From a virus: a DNA stretch of 52,244 nt. The position numbers and the translations under genes were made by a program. This document shows, piece after piece, positions 16,395 through 23,860 of the stretch. Positions within the stretch are counted from its first letter, which is position 1; every line of letters begins with the position of its first letter. The stretch lies in the IMG/VR virus record IMGVR_UViG_3300046115_000069, positions 1-52,244 of that record; one strand, written 5' to 3'. Below the pieces are notes generated by a model. That model was not told where the DNA came from. It made no database searches and was given only the letters and a program-made list of their open reading frames with translations.

Positions 16395-16466
16395 GCACAC
16401 GTAGCTCAATGGATGAGCAGGCGCCTCTAAAACGCTTGGACGAGGGTTCGATTCCCTCCGGGTGCA
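16395..16466 (+). tRNA. tRNA with anticodon CUA (amber suppressor type), copy 2
   Basis: Hand fold: GCACACG/TA/GCTC-AATGGAT-GAGC/A/GGCGC-CTCTAAA-ACGCT/TGGAC/GAGGG-TTCGATT-CCCTC/CGGGTGC/A. One A.G mismatch in the acceptor and a C.A at 31-39. Anticodon CTA at 16427-16429. Confidence 0.75.
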
Positions 16467-16599
16467 CGGAAAGGTAAGAGACAAAGCGTCCCAGGCATCC
16501 TCGGATGGTTTAGGGAGACAGCGGGAGTGACGTCCCTCGCCTCGGCTGTATGTAGGGTACCATTACCTGTGGCCGGACAAATTCTTACCTTTGCACCAA

Positions 16600-16669
16600 G
16601 GGGAAGCCGGTACATGGTAGACTAGCTAGTTGCCGGACCGGTTTGGAGGTTCGAGTCCTCCCTTCCCCA
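16600..16669 (+). ncRNA. Non-canonical tRNA-like element: perfect acceptor stem and T-arm, no recognisable D or anticodon arms
   Basis: GGGGAAG...GGAGG-TTCGAGT-CCTCC-CTTCCCC-A. The 38 nt in between form only CCGGT(16607-11)/ACCGG(16637-41) around a 25-nt insert. Confidence 0.5.
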
Positions 16670-16678
16670 CGAAAGATT

Positions 16679-16701
16679 GCCACCTTGCGGTGGCTTCTTT
16701 T
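16679..16701 (+). terminator. Intrinsic terminator GCCACC-TTGC-GGTGGC followed by TTCTTTT
   Basis: 6-bp GC stem, tetraloop and T-run directly after the tRNA cluster. Confidence 0.8.
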
Positions 16702-16745
16702 AAGGCTGGTTAGTGTATAACTGACTAGCACTAGGAGGTGAGCTG

Positions 16746-16982
16746 GTGGCAAAGAAGCTCGACTTCGGAACTGGTGAGTTGGAAGTGCTCCAACGCGTCG
16801 TCGACGAAGCCATCGAGACTGAACAGGCGTTCCAGGCACACGAAGAAGCAGACGGCGTCTGTTTAGGGGCGCCGCTCTTCGAGGTCGAAGGAATGCCTGT
16901 CATGACAGAAATGAAGGCTGATTCCATCAGCTACGAGGAGAACCTGAAGCGAGTCAAGGCGAAGCTAGAGGAGGTGAAATAG
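16746..16982 (+). CDS. Hypothetical acidic protein (78 aa)
   Basis: TAGGAGGTGAG RBS, GTG start. Confidence 0.6.
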   Translation: MAKKLDFGTGELEVLQRVVDEAIETEQAFQAHEEADGVCLGAPLFEVEGMPVMTEMKADSISYEENLKRVKAKLEEVK

Positions 16983-16983
16983 C

Positions 16984-17406
16984 ATGACGGAAGGAATGCC
17001 TGCACAGTTCGACCACTGCATGCGTGTGTACGCGATGATGGACAGCGAGTCGCGGACCGAGGAGGTCGATGGCAATCCTGAAGGGATGTCCGTCGAGAGG
17101 AAGGTTTGGGAGGGTCATACCACCAGGATCTTCAACGACTTGCGCCTGTCGACGCCGTACTACACGTCGGTGATGGCACACCTCAAGCGCATGGGCTGCG
17201 TCGAGCAGCTTCGCCGAGGCGGTGGCAGTGCCACATCGTTGTGGCTTCTGATCCGCGAACCCACCCTGGACCTGTACGAGAAGAAAGGGTCAGGGCACGT
17301 CAATCCAACGACGCTGACCGGCCGCACCGCCGAGAACGAGCGCAACATTCGCGAGCTCAACCGCAAGATGGACATCATCCTACAACACCTGGGAGTGAAG
17401 CTGTGA
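16984..17406 (+). CDS. Putative winged-helix DNA-binding protein (140 aa)
   Basis: GGAGGTG RBS. YYTSVMAHLKRMGCVEQLRRGG resembles a MarR/wHTH recognition region. Confidence 0.6.
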   Translation: MTEGMPAQFDHCMRVYAMMDSESRTEEVDGNPEGMSVERKVWEGHTTRIFNDLRLSTPYYTSVMAHLKRMGCVEQLRRGGGSATSLWLLIREPTLDLYEKKGSGHVNPTTLTGRTAENERNIRELNRKMDIILQHLGVKL

Positions 17407-17471
17407 TCGAACAGTGCAAGCTCTGCAAGAAGGACGTCGACCTCTGCCACTGCGATGGGGTGGAGCTGTGA
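17403..17471 (+). CDS. Possible 22-aa Cys-rich peptide
   Basis: GTGA overlaps at both ends. CKLCKK..CHC. Very short. Confidence 0.25.
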   Translation: MIEQCKLCKKDVDLCHCDGVEL

Positions 17472-17773
17472 GCATGCTTCAGGAACTGCTGGCGATGATG
17501 ACGCCAGAGGAGCGCGTTGCCGAGTTTGGCACGGTGGAGGAGAAGCGGGCCTACATCGCGGAGAAGCGCCTCGAGAACCCGAACTGGGTCAACACGATCT
17601 TCCCTCCCGGCAAGGATAAGCGCAATGTCGCTTGGACTCCTTGTCACCGAGGCATGGCGCGTGGCTACGTGAACGCGTCTGAGGACACGGTCATGAACTA
17701 CGGTCGTCGCAAGTCATTCTCGGCCAGGAACGGGGCGAAGCCTAGGAACGCGAGGAAGTCCCGTGCTCACTGA
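17468..17773 (+). CDS. Hypothetical protein with a basic C-terminus (101 aa)
   Basis: GTG 17468 overlaps the previous TGA (ATG 17474 is an alternative). Confidence 0.55.
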   Translation: MSMLQELLAMMTPEERVAEFGTVEEKRAYIAEKRLENPNWVNTIFPPGKDKRNVAWTPCHRGMARGYVNASEDTVMNYGRRKSFSARNGAKPRNARKSRAH

Positions 17774-17948
17774 AACGCGAAAAGTGCTGCAGCCAAAGGC
17801 TGCCTGGGCAACAACGCTCTGTCCGTACGCGGTCAAGAAGGGGCGCCTGCAGATGTGGCACGACTGCGCACAGCAGGCAACCTACGAACTCGACGGTCAG
17901 CTGTACTGCTACGAGCACTGGAACGATCTGAAGATGGCAACGAGCTGA
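17763..17948 (+). CDS. Hypothetical Cys-containing protein (61 aa)
   Basis: GTG start overlapping the upstream gene. TGATG coupling to the next gene. Confidence 0.5.
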   Translation: MLTETRKVLQPKAAWATTLCPYAVKKGRLQMWHDCAQQATYELDGQLYCYEHWNDLKMATS

Positions 17949-18256
17949 TGGCTAGCTTCGAAGAGGCTAGGGCATGTCCGAAGTGTGCTGTTCCGGGAAC
18001 GATCGGACGGTCGAAGAGCATCCCACGAAGTCGTGACCAACTCATCACGTTGACTTGCGGCAACGAACGGTGCAAGTGGTTCAACACGAACTGGGCTGTG
18101 CAACGCCGGCCGGATGGGTCGGTTCCCGATCCCGACCCGCGTGGACACATCAAGGAGTACCCGAAGACGAGTCCCTCAGGGCTGGTTACGGCGAACATCC
18201 AGAACCTCCAGGACCTACTAGAGGCACAACGTCGAGCGGGAGGCGCAGAAGTATGA
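17948..18256 (+). CDS. Zn-ribbon protein (102 aa)
   Basis: CPKC...CGNERC. TGATG coupled start. Confidence 0.55.
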   Translation: MASFEEARACPKCAVPGTIGRSKSIPRSRDQLITLTCGNERCKWFNTNWAVQRRPDGSVPDPDPRGHIKEYPKTSPSGLVTANIQNLQDLLEAQRRAGGAEV

Positions 18257-18606
18257 GCGACGTGGAGTTCGGAGATCCAGACAAGACCCAAGAGCCGAAG
18301 CTGTACAAGATTCGGTACGAGATGGTCTACAGGGTCTGGACCGAGACCGAGGTTACCGAGGAGAACTACGCTAGCATGGACGAACAGGCGGCTTTCGCCG
18401 AGGCGATGGAGGACGACGAGGCGACCATCTACGAGAACGTCTTCGAGGAGGAGATCTCGGCCAACGGTCCGGACGGTGCGTACATCCTCGTCCAGCTGGT
18501 GCATCCCGACGGTCACGTGGTAAGGCAGGGCGTCATCGAGGGACGCCCGAGCGACGTGCAGCCGACATACCTGGTTAACAGCATGGAGCATGAGACCCCG
18601 AGCTAA
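18253..18606 (+). CDS. Hypothetical acidic protein (117 aa)
   Basis: ATGA overlap with the previous gene. Confidence 0.6.
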   Translation: MSDVEFGDPDKTQEPKLYKIRYEMVYRVWTETEVTEENYASMDEQAAFAEAMEDDEATIYENVFEEEISANGPDGAYILVQLVHPDGHVVRQGVIEGRPSDVQPTYLVNSMEHETPS

Positions 18607-18760
18607 GAGCTCGAGCTCTAGGGAATCCAACGATTGTGCATAGTTAGACAGCGCTTAGACAAGAGGGAATAACGTTAGCAAGGCTTAGTGTAGCCGCGCT
18701 GACATCGATTGTCTAATCGCTGTCTATCTATGGATTATCGATACGGTACTCCACACGGAG
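18607..18760 (+). repeat. Structured intergenic repeat E2
   Basis: AGAGCTCGAGCTCT palindrome at the stop codon and box TTGTGCATAGTTAGAC (18634-18649). The arms TAGACAGCGcTTAGACAA and TTGTCTAAtCGCTGTCTA form a long imperfect hairpin. Ends with CTCCACACGGAG (18749-18760). Confidence 0.8.
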
Positions 18761-18773
18761 ATTGGATCGGCTG

Positions 18774-19004
18774 ATGGAGGATCCAGCACCGAGAATGGCA
18801 ATTGGTGAGTATGCCAAGTTACGGCATATCACACCGCAAAACGTCCACTACTACATTCGGCAGAAGCGACTTGAGAAATACAAGTGTGACTGCGGGCGGT
18901 TTGTAGTGGATACTCACGAGGCAGACATTGCCATGGGTTTCAAGAAGAAGGAGGTCCCTGACGGTGGGACACAAGAGGATCGAACAGGTGGTCAGGCCGA
19001 TTGA
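18774..19004 (+). CDS. Helix-turn-helix DNA-binding protein (MerR/excisionase-like HTH)
   Basis: AIGEYAKLRHITPQNVHYYIRQKRL. Start uncertain (TTG 18762, ATG 18774 or ATG 18795). Confidence 0.6.
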   Translation: MEDPAPRMAIGEYAKLRHITPQNVHYYIRQKRLEKYKCDCGRFVVDTHEADIAMGFKKKEVPDGGTQEDRTGGQAD

Positions 19005-19419
19005 AGGCATGACCTACGACGTGGGCCTCGACAGGTATCGGTGCGACTTTAACTCGGCGGAGAAGCCGTGTGGTCGAACGTACCGCTACCCGTCGGCTGC
19101 GGAGCATCACTACGTGAACCACACAGTTGCGAAGGTGGACGTAGTGCTCGCGACCGACAAGTTCCTGGTGGACCCAGAGGTGATAGGTGGTGACGTCCTC
19201 CGTATGATCGTGCGTCGGTTGGAGAGCGGCGTGATCAACGTGCCTGAGTTGGTCCTGCAGCTCAACGGTGCGGCGCTCGCCATGGATTGGCTGCACGACG
19301 AGTTGGCCAAGGCAAACGTTCGCAGCCTCCGGAAGAAGGCCGACGCCTGGGACCTGATCGTCGAGATCCTGGCGAAGGACCCTGGCATGGTGAAGGTGCT
19401 CGCCGATGCCGCTCAGTAG
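18988..19419 (+). CDS. Hypothetical protein (about 143 aa)
   Basis: AGAGGA 8 nt upstream of GTG 18988 (ATG 19009 is an alternative). Confidence 0.55.
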   Translation: MVRPIEGMTYDVGLDRYRCDFNSAEKPCGRTYRYPSAAEHHYVNHTVAKVDVVLATDKFLVDPEVIGGDVLRMIVRRLESGVINVPELVLQLNGAALAMDWLHDELAKANVRSLRKKADAWDLIVEILAKDPGMVKVLADAAQ

Positions 19420-19750
19420 GCTTCTGATTCAGGGTGCCGTCAAGTGTCCGAACTGGCAGGAGTTCCGTAGGTCCCTGAAGGGAATCTCGACGGAGCGCAA
19501 GCTGATCTACCTGCTGGAGTACGTTAAGCCTCTCGACTGGCGGCAGCGTCGTGCCTCGGACAAAGAGACCATTGCGATCGTGGCGTGGAAGTTGGATGAC
19601 TGCGACGTGACAACGCGCCAGGTTCAGATCCTTAACTACCTCACGGCACTGTCACGTGGTGGTCAGATCGCGCCCGTCCCTGAGCGCTACCAGTACGTTG
19701 ACCAGGTCGAAGGGTTCCTCCGAGCAAAGAGGTACGTGATCCTCAAGTGA
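19406..19750 (+). CDS. Hypothetical protein (114 aa)
   Basis: ORF overlaps the previous gene by 14 nt. Confidence 0.55.
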   Translation: MPLSRLLIQGAVKCPNWQEFRRSLKGISTERKLIYLLEYVKPLDWRQRRASDKETIAIVAWKLDDCDVTTRQVQILNYLTALSRGGQIAPVPERYQYVDQVEGFLRAKRYVILK

Positions 19751-19830
19751 GTGACGAGACGAAGGTTTTGTTGTGCCTCATCGTCGCAATTACGGTCATC
19801 GCAGTTGTACTGATCCTGAAGTGGGGGTAG
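19747..19830 (+). CDS. Possible 27-aa transmembrane peptide
   Basis: GTGA overlap start. VLLCLIVAITVIAVVLIL. Very short. Confidence 0.3.
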   Translation: MSDETKVLLCLIVAITVIAVVLILKWG

Positions 19831-19832
19831 AG

Positions 19833-20114
19833 GTGACACGAAGCAAGCAGTACGGAAAAGCCGATCGGATCGTAGGTGCTCTCCGCCGTGCGCACGCTGG
19901 TATGGTTGGATGGCACACGCGGAAGGACATCTACGACAAGGCCTGCCGGGACGCTGATGTCGCCGATCAGCCGCGGCCGAACATGGAGGTTGGCAAGCGT
20001 CCAGCACCTGTCGCCAGCTTCATCGCCAGGAAGTTTCTGAGCGCAGCTTCTGAGGACGGCCACCGCTACTGCAAGGGGCATCACGTCATCGGCGTGGAGT
20101 GCGAGCACCACTGA
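19833..20114 (+). CDS. Hypothetical protein (about 93 aa)
   Basis: GTG 19833 after a G-rich stretch. The longer 19773 start is possible. Confidence 0.45.
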   Translation: MTRSKQYGKADRIVGALRRAHAGMVGWHTRKDIYDKACRDADVADQPRPNMEVGKRPAPVASFIARKFLSAASEDGHRYCKGHHVIGVECEHH

Positions 20115-20172
20115 CATTGAGGTTGGTGACCATCCCGAAGGATGGTTACCTTCCTAGATGCCAGAGGGAAGG

Positions 20173-21726
20173 ATGGTAATGGAACTCTTTCCACATCAGG
20201 TGGAGGCTGTCGCTAAGTTCACGAAGTATGGCCGTCAGTGGCCTCACGTGCTGCTTGGTGACGATATGGGTCTTGGGAAGACAGTGACAGCCATTGCCTT
20301 GGACAAGGAGTGGCGGACGTTCGAACACGGGGAGCTTCAGAAGGAGTGGCTTGGCAACGTTCGTCACATGACCTTGGTCGTGACTCTTAAGAGTCTCATC
20401 TCGATGTGGGAGGAGCACTTCGCACAATGGAACCCGGATTTGAAGGTCCTATCTTTGAGCAACACGGCCCGCGGGTCTCTTGTCGAAGCTTCACTTCAGC
20501 AGAAAGCAGACGTCTTCATCGTGAACTGGGAGACGCTGCGTCTCGAGCCACGGCTGGCACAGGTCAAATGGCTACACATGATCAGCGACGAGGTTCAGAA
20601 GGCGAAGAACCGGAAGGCGTTGTTGACAGTCGCCTGGAAGAACGTACGAGCGCTGCACCTGACGGACATGTCGGGGACGTGGGCTGACAACGCGCCCGAT
20701 GACGGATGGTCGATCCTGAACCATCTGTACCCACGTAAGTGGTCCAGCTACTGGGCCTTCTACAACCACCACATTCTCTTCCAGCAGAAGATCAATCCCA
20801 AGACCGGGCAGTCGTACAGGAAAGTGTTGGGCGTGCACGATGAGGAATCCCTTCAAGAAGACATGCGCCCCTTCTACGTTCGTCGAACTAAAGAAGCGGT
20901 CCTCAAGGACCTTCCCGAGAAGAGCTATTCATGCATCCGGGTACGTTTGCATCCCCAACAGCGGCGTGCGTACGATGACATGCGACGAGACATGTTGGCC
21001 TGGGTGGGGGAGCACGAGAGTGATGTCCTCGCAGCTCCTGTCGTCATTGCTAAACTCATGCGACTCCAGCAGTTGGCAGTAGCGTACGGAGAGATGCGTC
21101 GAATCGAACAGTTCACCTGGAGGGATCTTCCTAGCATCGACGAGCTCGACCCGGACAACGTAAAGTACATGCTCAACCATCCAGAGATGACCTTTAGAGT
21201 AGATCCCAAGGCTGGTGGGAACCAGACAAGGGTAAAGGAGATCGTCTCGAAGTTGTTCCTGACAGACCCATCGGCCAAGCTCGACGCCTTTATGGAGCTA
21301 CTGGAGCAGTTGCCTGCGAAGGAAAGCATCGTTGTCTTCGGTCAGAGCAAGCAGGCAATTCACCTGTTGGCGCAGAGGCTCGACAAGGCGGGCGAATCCT
21401 ACGGCATCTTAACAGGTGATGTGACATCTGATCGCGTTCGCGGACAATTGGTCACGGACTTCCAAGCAGGCAAGTTCCGGGTCTTCATGGGAACGATCAA
21501 GGCTGGCGGCGTAGGCATCACCCTTCACAGAGCATCGAACATGGTGTTCCTCGACAGGGACTGGTCGCCATCCAAGAACAGACAGGCTGAGGACCGCATT
21601 CATCGGATCGGGCAGAAGAACGCCTGCATGTACTACGACCTGATGGCGGACGACACTATCGACATGGGTCGATTCCAGCAGATTCAAACCAAATGGGAAT
21701 GGATCAAAAAGATCCTCGGCAGCTGA
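20173..21726 (+). CDS. SNF2-family DEAD/H helicase
   Basis: Motif I LGDDMGLGKT, motif II DEVQKAKN, and C-terminal GGVGITLHRASNMVFLDRDWSPSKNRQAEDRIHRIGQ. Confidence 0.85.
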   Translation: MVMELFPHQVEAVAKFTKYGRQWPHVLLGDDMGLGKTVTAIALDKEWRTFEHGELQKEWLGNVRHMTLVVTLKSLISMWEEHFAQWNPDLKVLSLSNTARGSLVEASLQQKADVFIVNWETLRLEPRLAQVKWLHMISDEVQKAKNRKALLTVAWKNVRALHLTDMSGTWADNAPDDGWSILNHLYPRKWSSYWAFYNHHILFQQKINPKTGQSYRKVLGVHDEESLQEDMRPFYVRRTKEAVLKDLPEKSYSCIRVRLHPQQRRAYDDMRRDMLAWVGEHESDVLAAPVVIAKLMRLQQLAVAYGEMRRIEQFTWRDLPSIDELDPDNVKYMLNHPEMTFRVDPKAGGNQTRVKEIVSKLFLTDPSAKLDAFMELLEQLPAKESIVVFGQSKQAIHLLAQRLDKAGESYGILTGDVTSDRVRGQLVTDFQAGKFRVFMGTIKAGGVGITLHRASNMVFLDRDWSPSKNRQAEDRIHRIGQKNACMYYDLMADDTIDMGRFQQIQTKWEWIKKILGS

Positions 21727-21778
21727 CCGATTCAATGGCCGTGTGGAGCTGTGCGAGAACAAGGAAGGGGGATTCGCC

Positions 21779-22003
21779 ATGAATCAGAATGTGAACGTCT
21801 CCGCACAGCAGACGAAGTTCGTCACGGTGACGATCGGCATTACCGACCAGCAGTGGGACGACTACCTGCGTCCGCTGCTTGAGGCGGGTCGGCAGCACGT
21901 GAAGTTCGAGGACAAGCAGCAGACCGCGTGCGCGGTCTCGTTTGCAAGCAACCTAATGTCTGGGACGGACAGGGCCGTCTACGACGCAAGGGAGGACGAC
22001 TGA
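21779..22003 (+). CDS. Hypothetical protein (74 aa)
   Basis: GGAAGGGGG RBS 7 nt upstream of the ATG. Confidence 0.55.
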   Translation: MNQNVNVSAQQTKFVTVTIGITDQQWDDYLRPLLEAGRQHVKFEDKQQTACAVSFASNLMSGTDRAVYDAREDD

Positions 22004-22197
22004 TGAACCTGACAGCGAAGCAGTTGGTGGGCCTGGCAGGCCACATTGACTTGATGACGGAGGCTGCGGTTAAAGACCCGAAGGTTCGTATCAGTGGCCG
22101 ATTCAGCATTGAGCTCGAGTGGCAGGAGGCCGGGCGCGGTACGTCTACCGGCCAGTACCTGCTGTGTGATGTAAACTCGCAGGAGACGACACGATGA
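22003..22197 (+). CDS. Hypothetical protein (64 aa)
   Basis: TGATG coupled start. Confidence 0.5.
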   Translation: MNLTAKQLVGLAGHIDLMTEAAVKDPKVRISGRFSIELEWQEAGRGTSTGQYLLCDVNSQETTR

Positions 22198-22334
22198 TCA
22201 GTGACTGCAAGGAATGCATCGAGGGCCGACACGAAGAGTGCAAGGTCAAGAATTGCGTTTGTCAACACATCAGGACGGAGGTGCTCGATGATGGAACCAT
22301 TGCTCCGGTCGGAGTTCGACGCGACGTCCGTTGA
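22194..22334 (+). CDS. Possible Cys-rich 46-aa protein
   Basis: ATGA overlap start. CKEC...C..NCVC. Overlaps the next gene by 47 nt. Confidence 0.3.
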   Translation: MISDCKECIEGRHEECKVKNCVCQHIRTEVLDDGTIAPVGVRRDVR

Positions 22335-22665
22335 GCCGGACGGCTACATCGAAGTCGTCTATTACGGCGAGATTCCAAACGAGACGTACTTCTTTAGCGA
22401 CATCAAGAGGTGGCACTGGTCGGCGGACTACCAAACGTTGGCCATCATTTTCAATGGTGGTCAAGGACGTGTCGAAGTCCCTGTAGAGGCCATTCGCAAG
22501 GTCCGAGTACGCGACAATAGTGAAGGCTACGTCCTGGCACAGCAGTTCATCTCGGCTGTCGACGAGATCGAGGTCGTCGAGGCGAAGCTACGGTTCCTCA
22601 AGGGTAAGATGCTCCAGAAGCGAGAGGAGATGCTCCGATGGCACGCTACATCCTCGTCGAAGTAA
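22288..22665 (+). CDS. Hypothetical protein (125 aa)
   Basis: GGACGGAGGTG RBS 4 nt upstream of ATG 22288. Confidence 0.6.
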   Translation: MMEPLLRSEFDATSVEPDGYIEVVYYGEIPNETYFFSDIKRWHWSADYQTLAIIFNGGQGRVEVPVEAIRKVRVRDNSEGYVLAQQFISAVDEIEVVEAKLRFLKGKMLQKREEMLRWHATSSSK

Positions 22666-23021
22666 ACGATAACGAGACCGCCGGCGATCTGGTCGCAGCG
22701 CTTCAGATCGACGGTGAGATGCACTTCTACCACAAGTTGCAGGCAACGCCTGAAGATCGAGAGTACACGGTCAAGAGCGTTGCAGCGAAGGTCGTTGGCC
22801 TCTTCGCCAAGCCGGTCAAGTTCTGCGACTGTCCCAACCCAGGTGACAAGCAGGTACGCGGTGCAAAGTTCGGCTGGTGGGTACATGCAGTGTGCGGCAA
22901 GCCTATGAAGGGTCATTGTCAGCACCCACGCAACCTTATCGAGCCGGATGGTTACAAGCCTCCGCGGGAGGAACGTTGGGGGTACCTCGGAATCTGGGAG
23001 CGTGGCGATGAGGCTTCGTAA
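22638..23021 (+). CDS. Hypothetical Cys/His-rich protein (127 aa)
   Basis: GAGAGGAG RBS. FCDCPNPG...HAVCGKPMKGHCQHP. Confidence 0.6.
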   Translation: MARYILVEVNDNETAGDLVAALQIDGEMHFYHKLQATPEDREYTVKSVAAKVVGLFAKPVKFCDCPNPGDKQVRGAKFGWWVHAVCGKPMKGHCQHPRNLIEPDGYKPPREERWGYLGIWERGDEAS

Positions 23022-23487
23022 GCTAGTAGTGGTAGCATTGGCGACTCTGTCGCCACTTCTAATGGCAGGCTGTCCTCAAGAGTCAGGGTCTGCACCAAAC
23101 CCTGGACAGGGAGGGCACGGATTCAACGATCCCAATCCCGGCCAGCAGCCGCCAGTACCAGCAGCCGATCCTGGACCACAAAATGATCCCAAGCATACGC
23201 GCCTACAGGTAACCTGGAAGGGTGAACGTGGCGGACAGGTCGAGGTGACGATCAATAGCGTGTTGCAGCCCAAGGAGACGGTGAAGAAGCCCGTCAAGGA
23301 GGGCACACAATATTACGGTCAGTGGACGAAGGACCTAGCGGTGGCTTCTGGGTACACCGTTGGATTCACGTTCTTTCCAGACGTGCCAGGTATGTTTGCC
23401 CAGTGTATCGTCCAGTACAAGGGGCAGGTGCAGGACTTCGCACAGGTCCAAAGTGGTCCCTGCGCCGTAGGCTACACCATTCCGTAA
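23008..23487 (+). CDS. Secreted lipoprotein with an MmpS-like C-terminal domain
   Basis: Signal peptide plus lipobox LLMAG|C. Pro/Gly-rich linker. The C-terminus ...AQCIVQYKGQV...SGPCAV is reminiscent of the MmpS family. Confidence 0.65.
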   Translation: MRLRKLVVVALATLSPLLMAGCPQESGSAPNPGQGGHGFNDPNPGQQPPVPAADPGPQNDPKHTRLQVTWKGERGGQVEVTINSVLQPKETVKKPVKEGTQYYGQWTKDLAVASGYTVGFTFFPDVPGMFAQCIVQYKGQVQDFAQVQSGPCAVGYTIP

Positions 23488-23496
23488 GGAGACGTT

Positions 23497-23805
23497 ATGG
23501 CAAGGCTTGCACCTGAGAGCGAGTGGCTGCTACAGCAGATGGGCGGTGAGGTCGTCCTCTTCCACGAGCACACCGAAGAGGAGATCGTCCGCTTCAATCC
23601 GGCCGACGGCAACGCGGCCGCTCAGGCACAACTGCCCATCCACAACAGCGACAAGTTGACCGACGAAGAGAAGTCCTTCGCACACTTCTGGTCGGGCTAC
23701 TTCTACGCACATGCGAACATGAAGGGATTCACAACGGTCATCAGGCTGGACGAGCCAGCAAAACTGGACGGATTGTTCGAACCCTACGAAACAAAGTTCG
23801 ACTAG
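23497..23805 (+). CDS. Hypothetical protein (102 aa)
   Basis: AAGGAGA RBS. TAG stop. Confidence 0.6.
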   Translation: MARLAPESEWLLQQMGGEVVLFHEHTEEEIVRFNPADGNAAAQAQLPIHNSDKLTDEEKSFAHFWSGYFYAHANMKGFTTVIRLDEPAKLDGLFEPYETKFD

Positions 23806-23815
23806 CGACGAGACC

Positions 23816-23857
23816 TTCCCGGCATGGCATCTGTGGGTTCGAGTCCCACCCGGGGAG
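23816..23857 (+). ncRNA. tRNA-like minihelix (7-bp acceptor-like stem plus T-arm only)
   Basis: TTCCCGG-catggcatct-GTGGG-TTCGAGT-CCCAC-CCGGGGA-G. The 5' strand pairs with the 3' strand (one G.U). Confidence 0.5.
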
Positions 23858-23860
23858 CTT

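Noticed and set aside
16427-16429. Alternative fold of the second tRNA, with a perfect 5-bp anticodon stem (AGGCG/CGCTT) and a 9-nt loop.
   Set aside because: That fold removes position 26 and gives a non-standard 9-nt loop. The canonical-length fold has a 7-nt loop with one C.A mismatch at 31-39 and keeps every other tRNA dimension standard. Both folds centre the same CTA triplet.
23816-23857. The tRNA-like minihelix read as a phage attP core, implying a temperate phage integrating into a host tRNA gene.
   Set aside because: No integrase, excisionase-integrase pair or repressor module was recognised anywhere in the genome. The element also includes the 5' complementary strand, which an attP copy of a tRNA 3' end would not need. 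It is kept as a tRNA-like RNA hypothesis instead.
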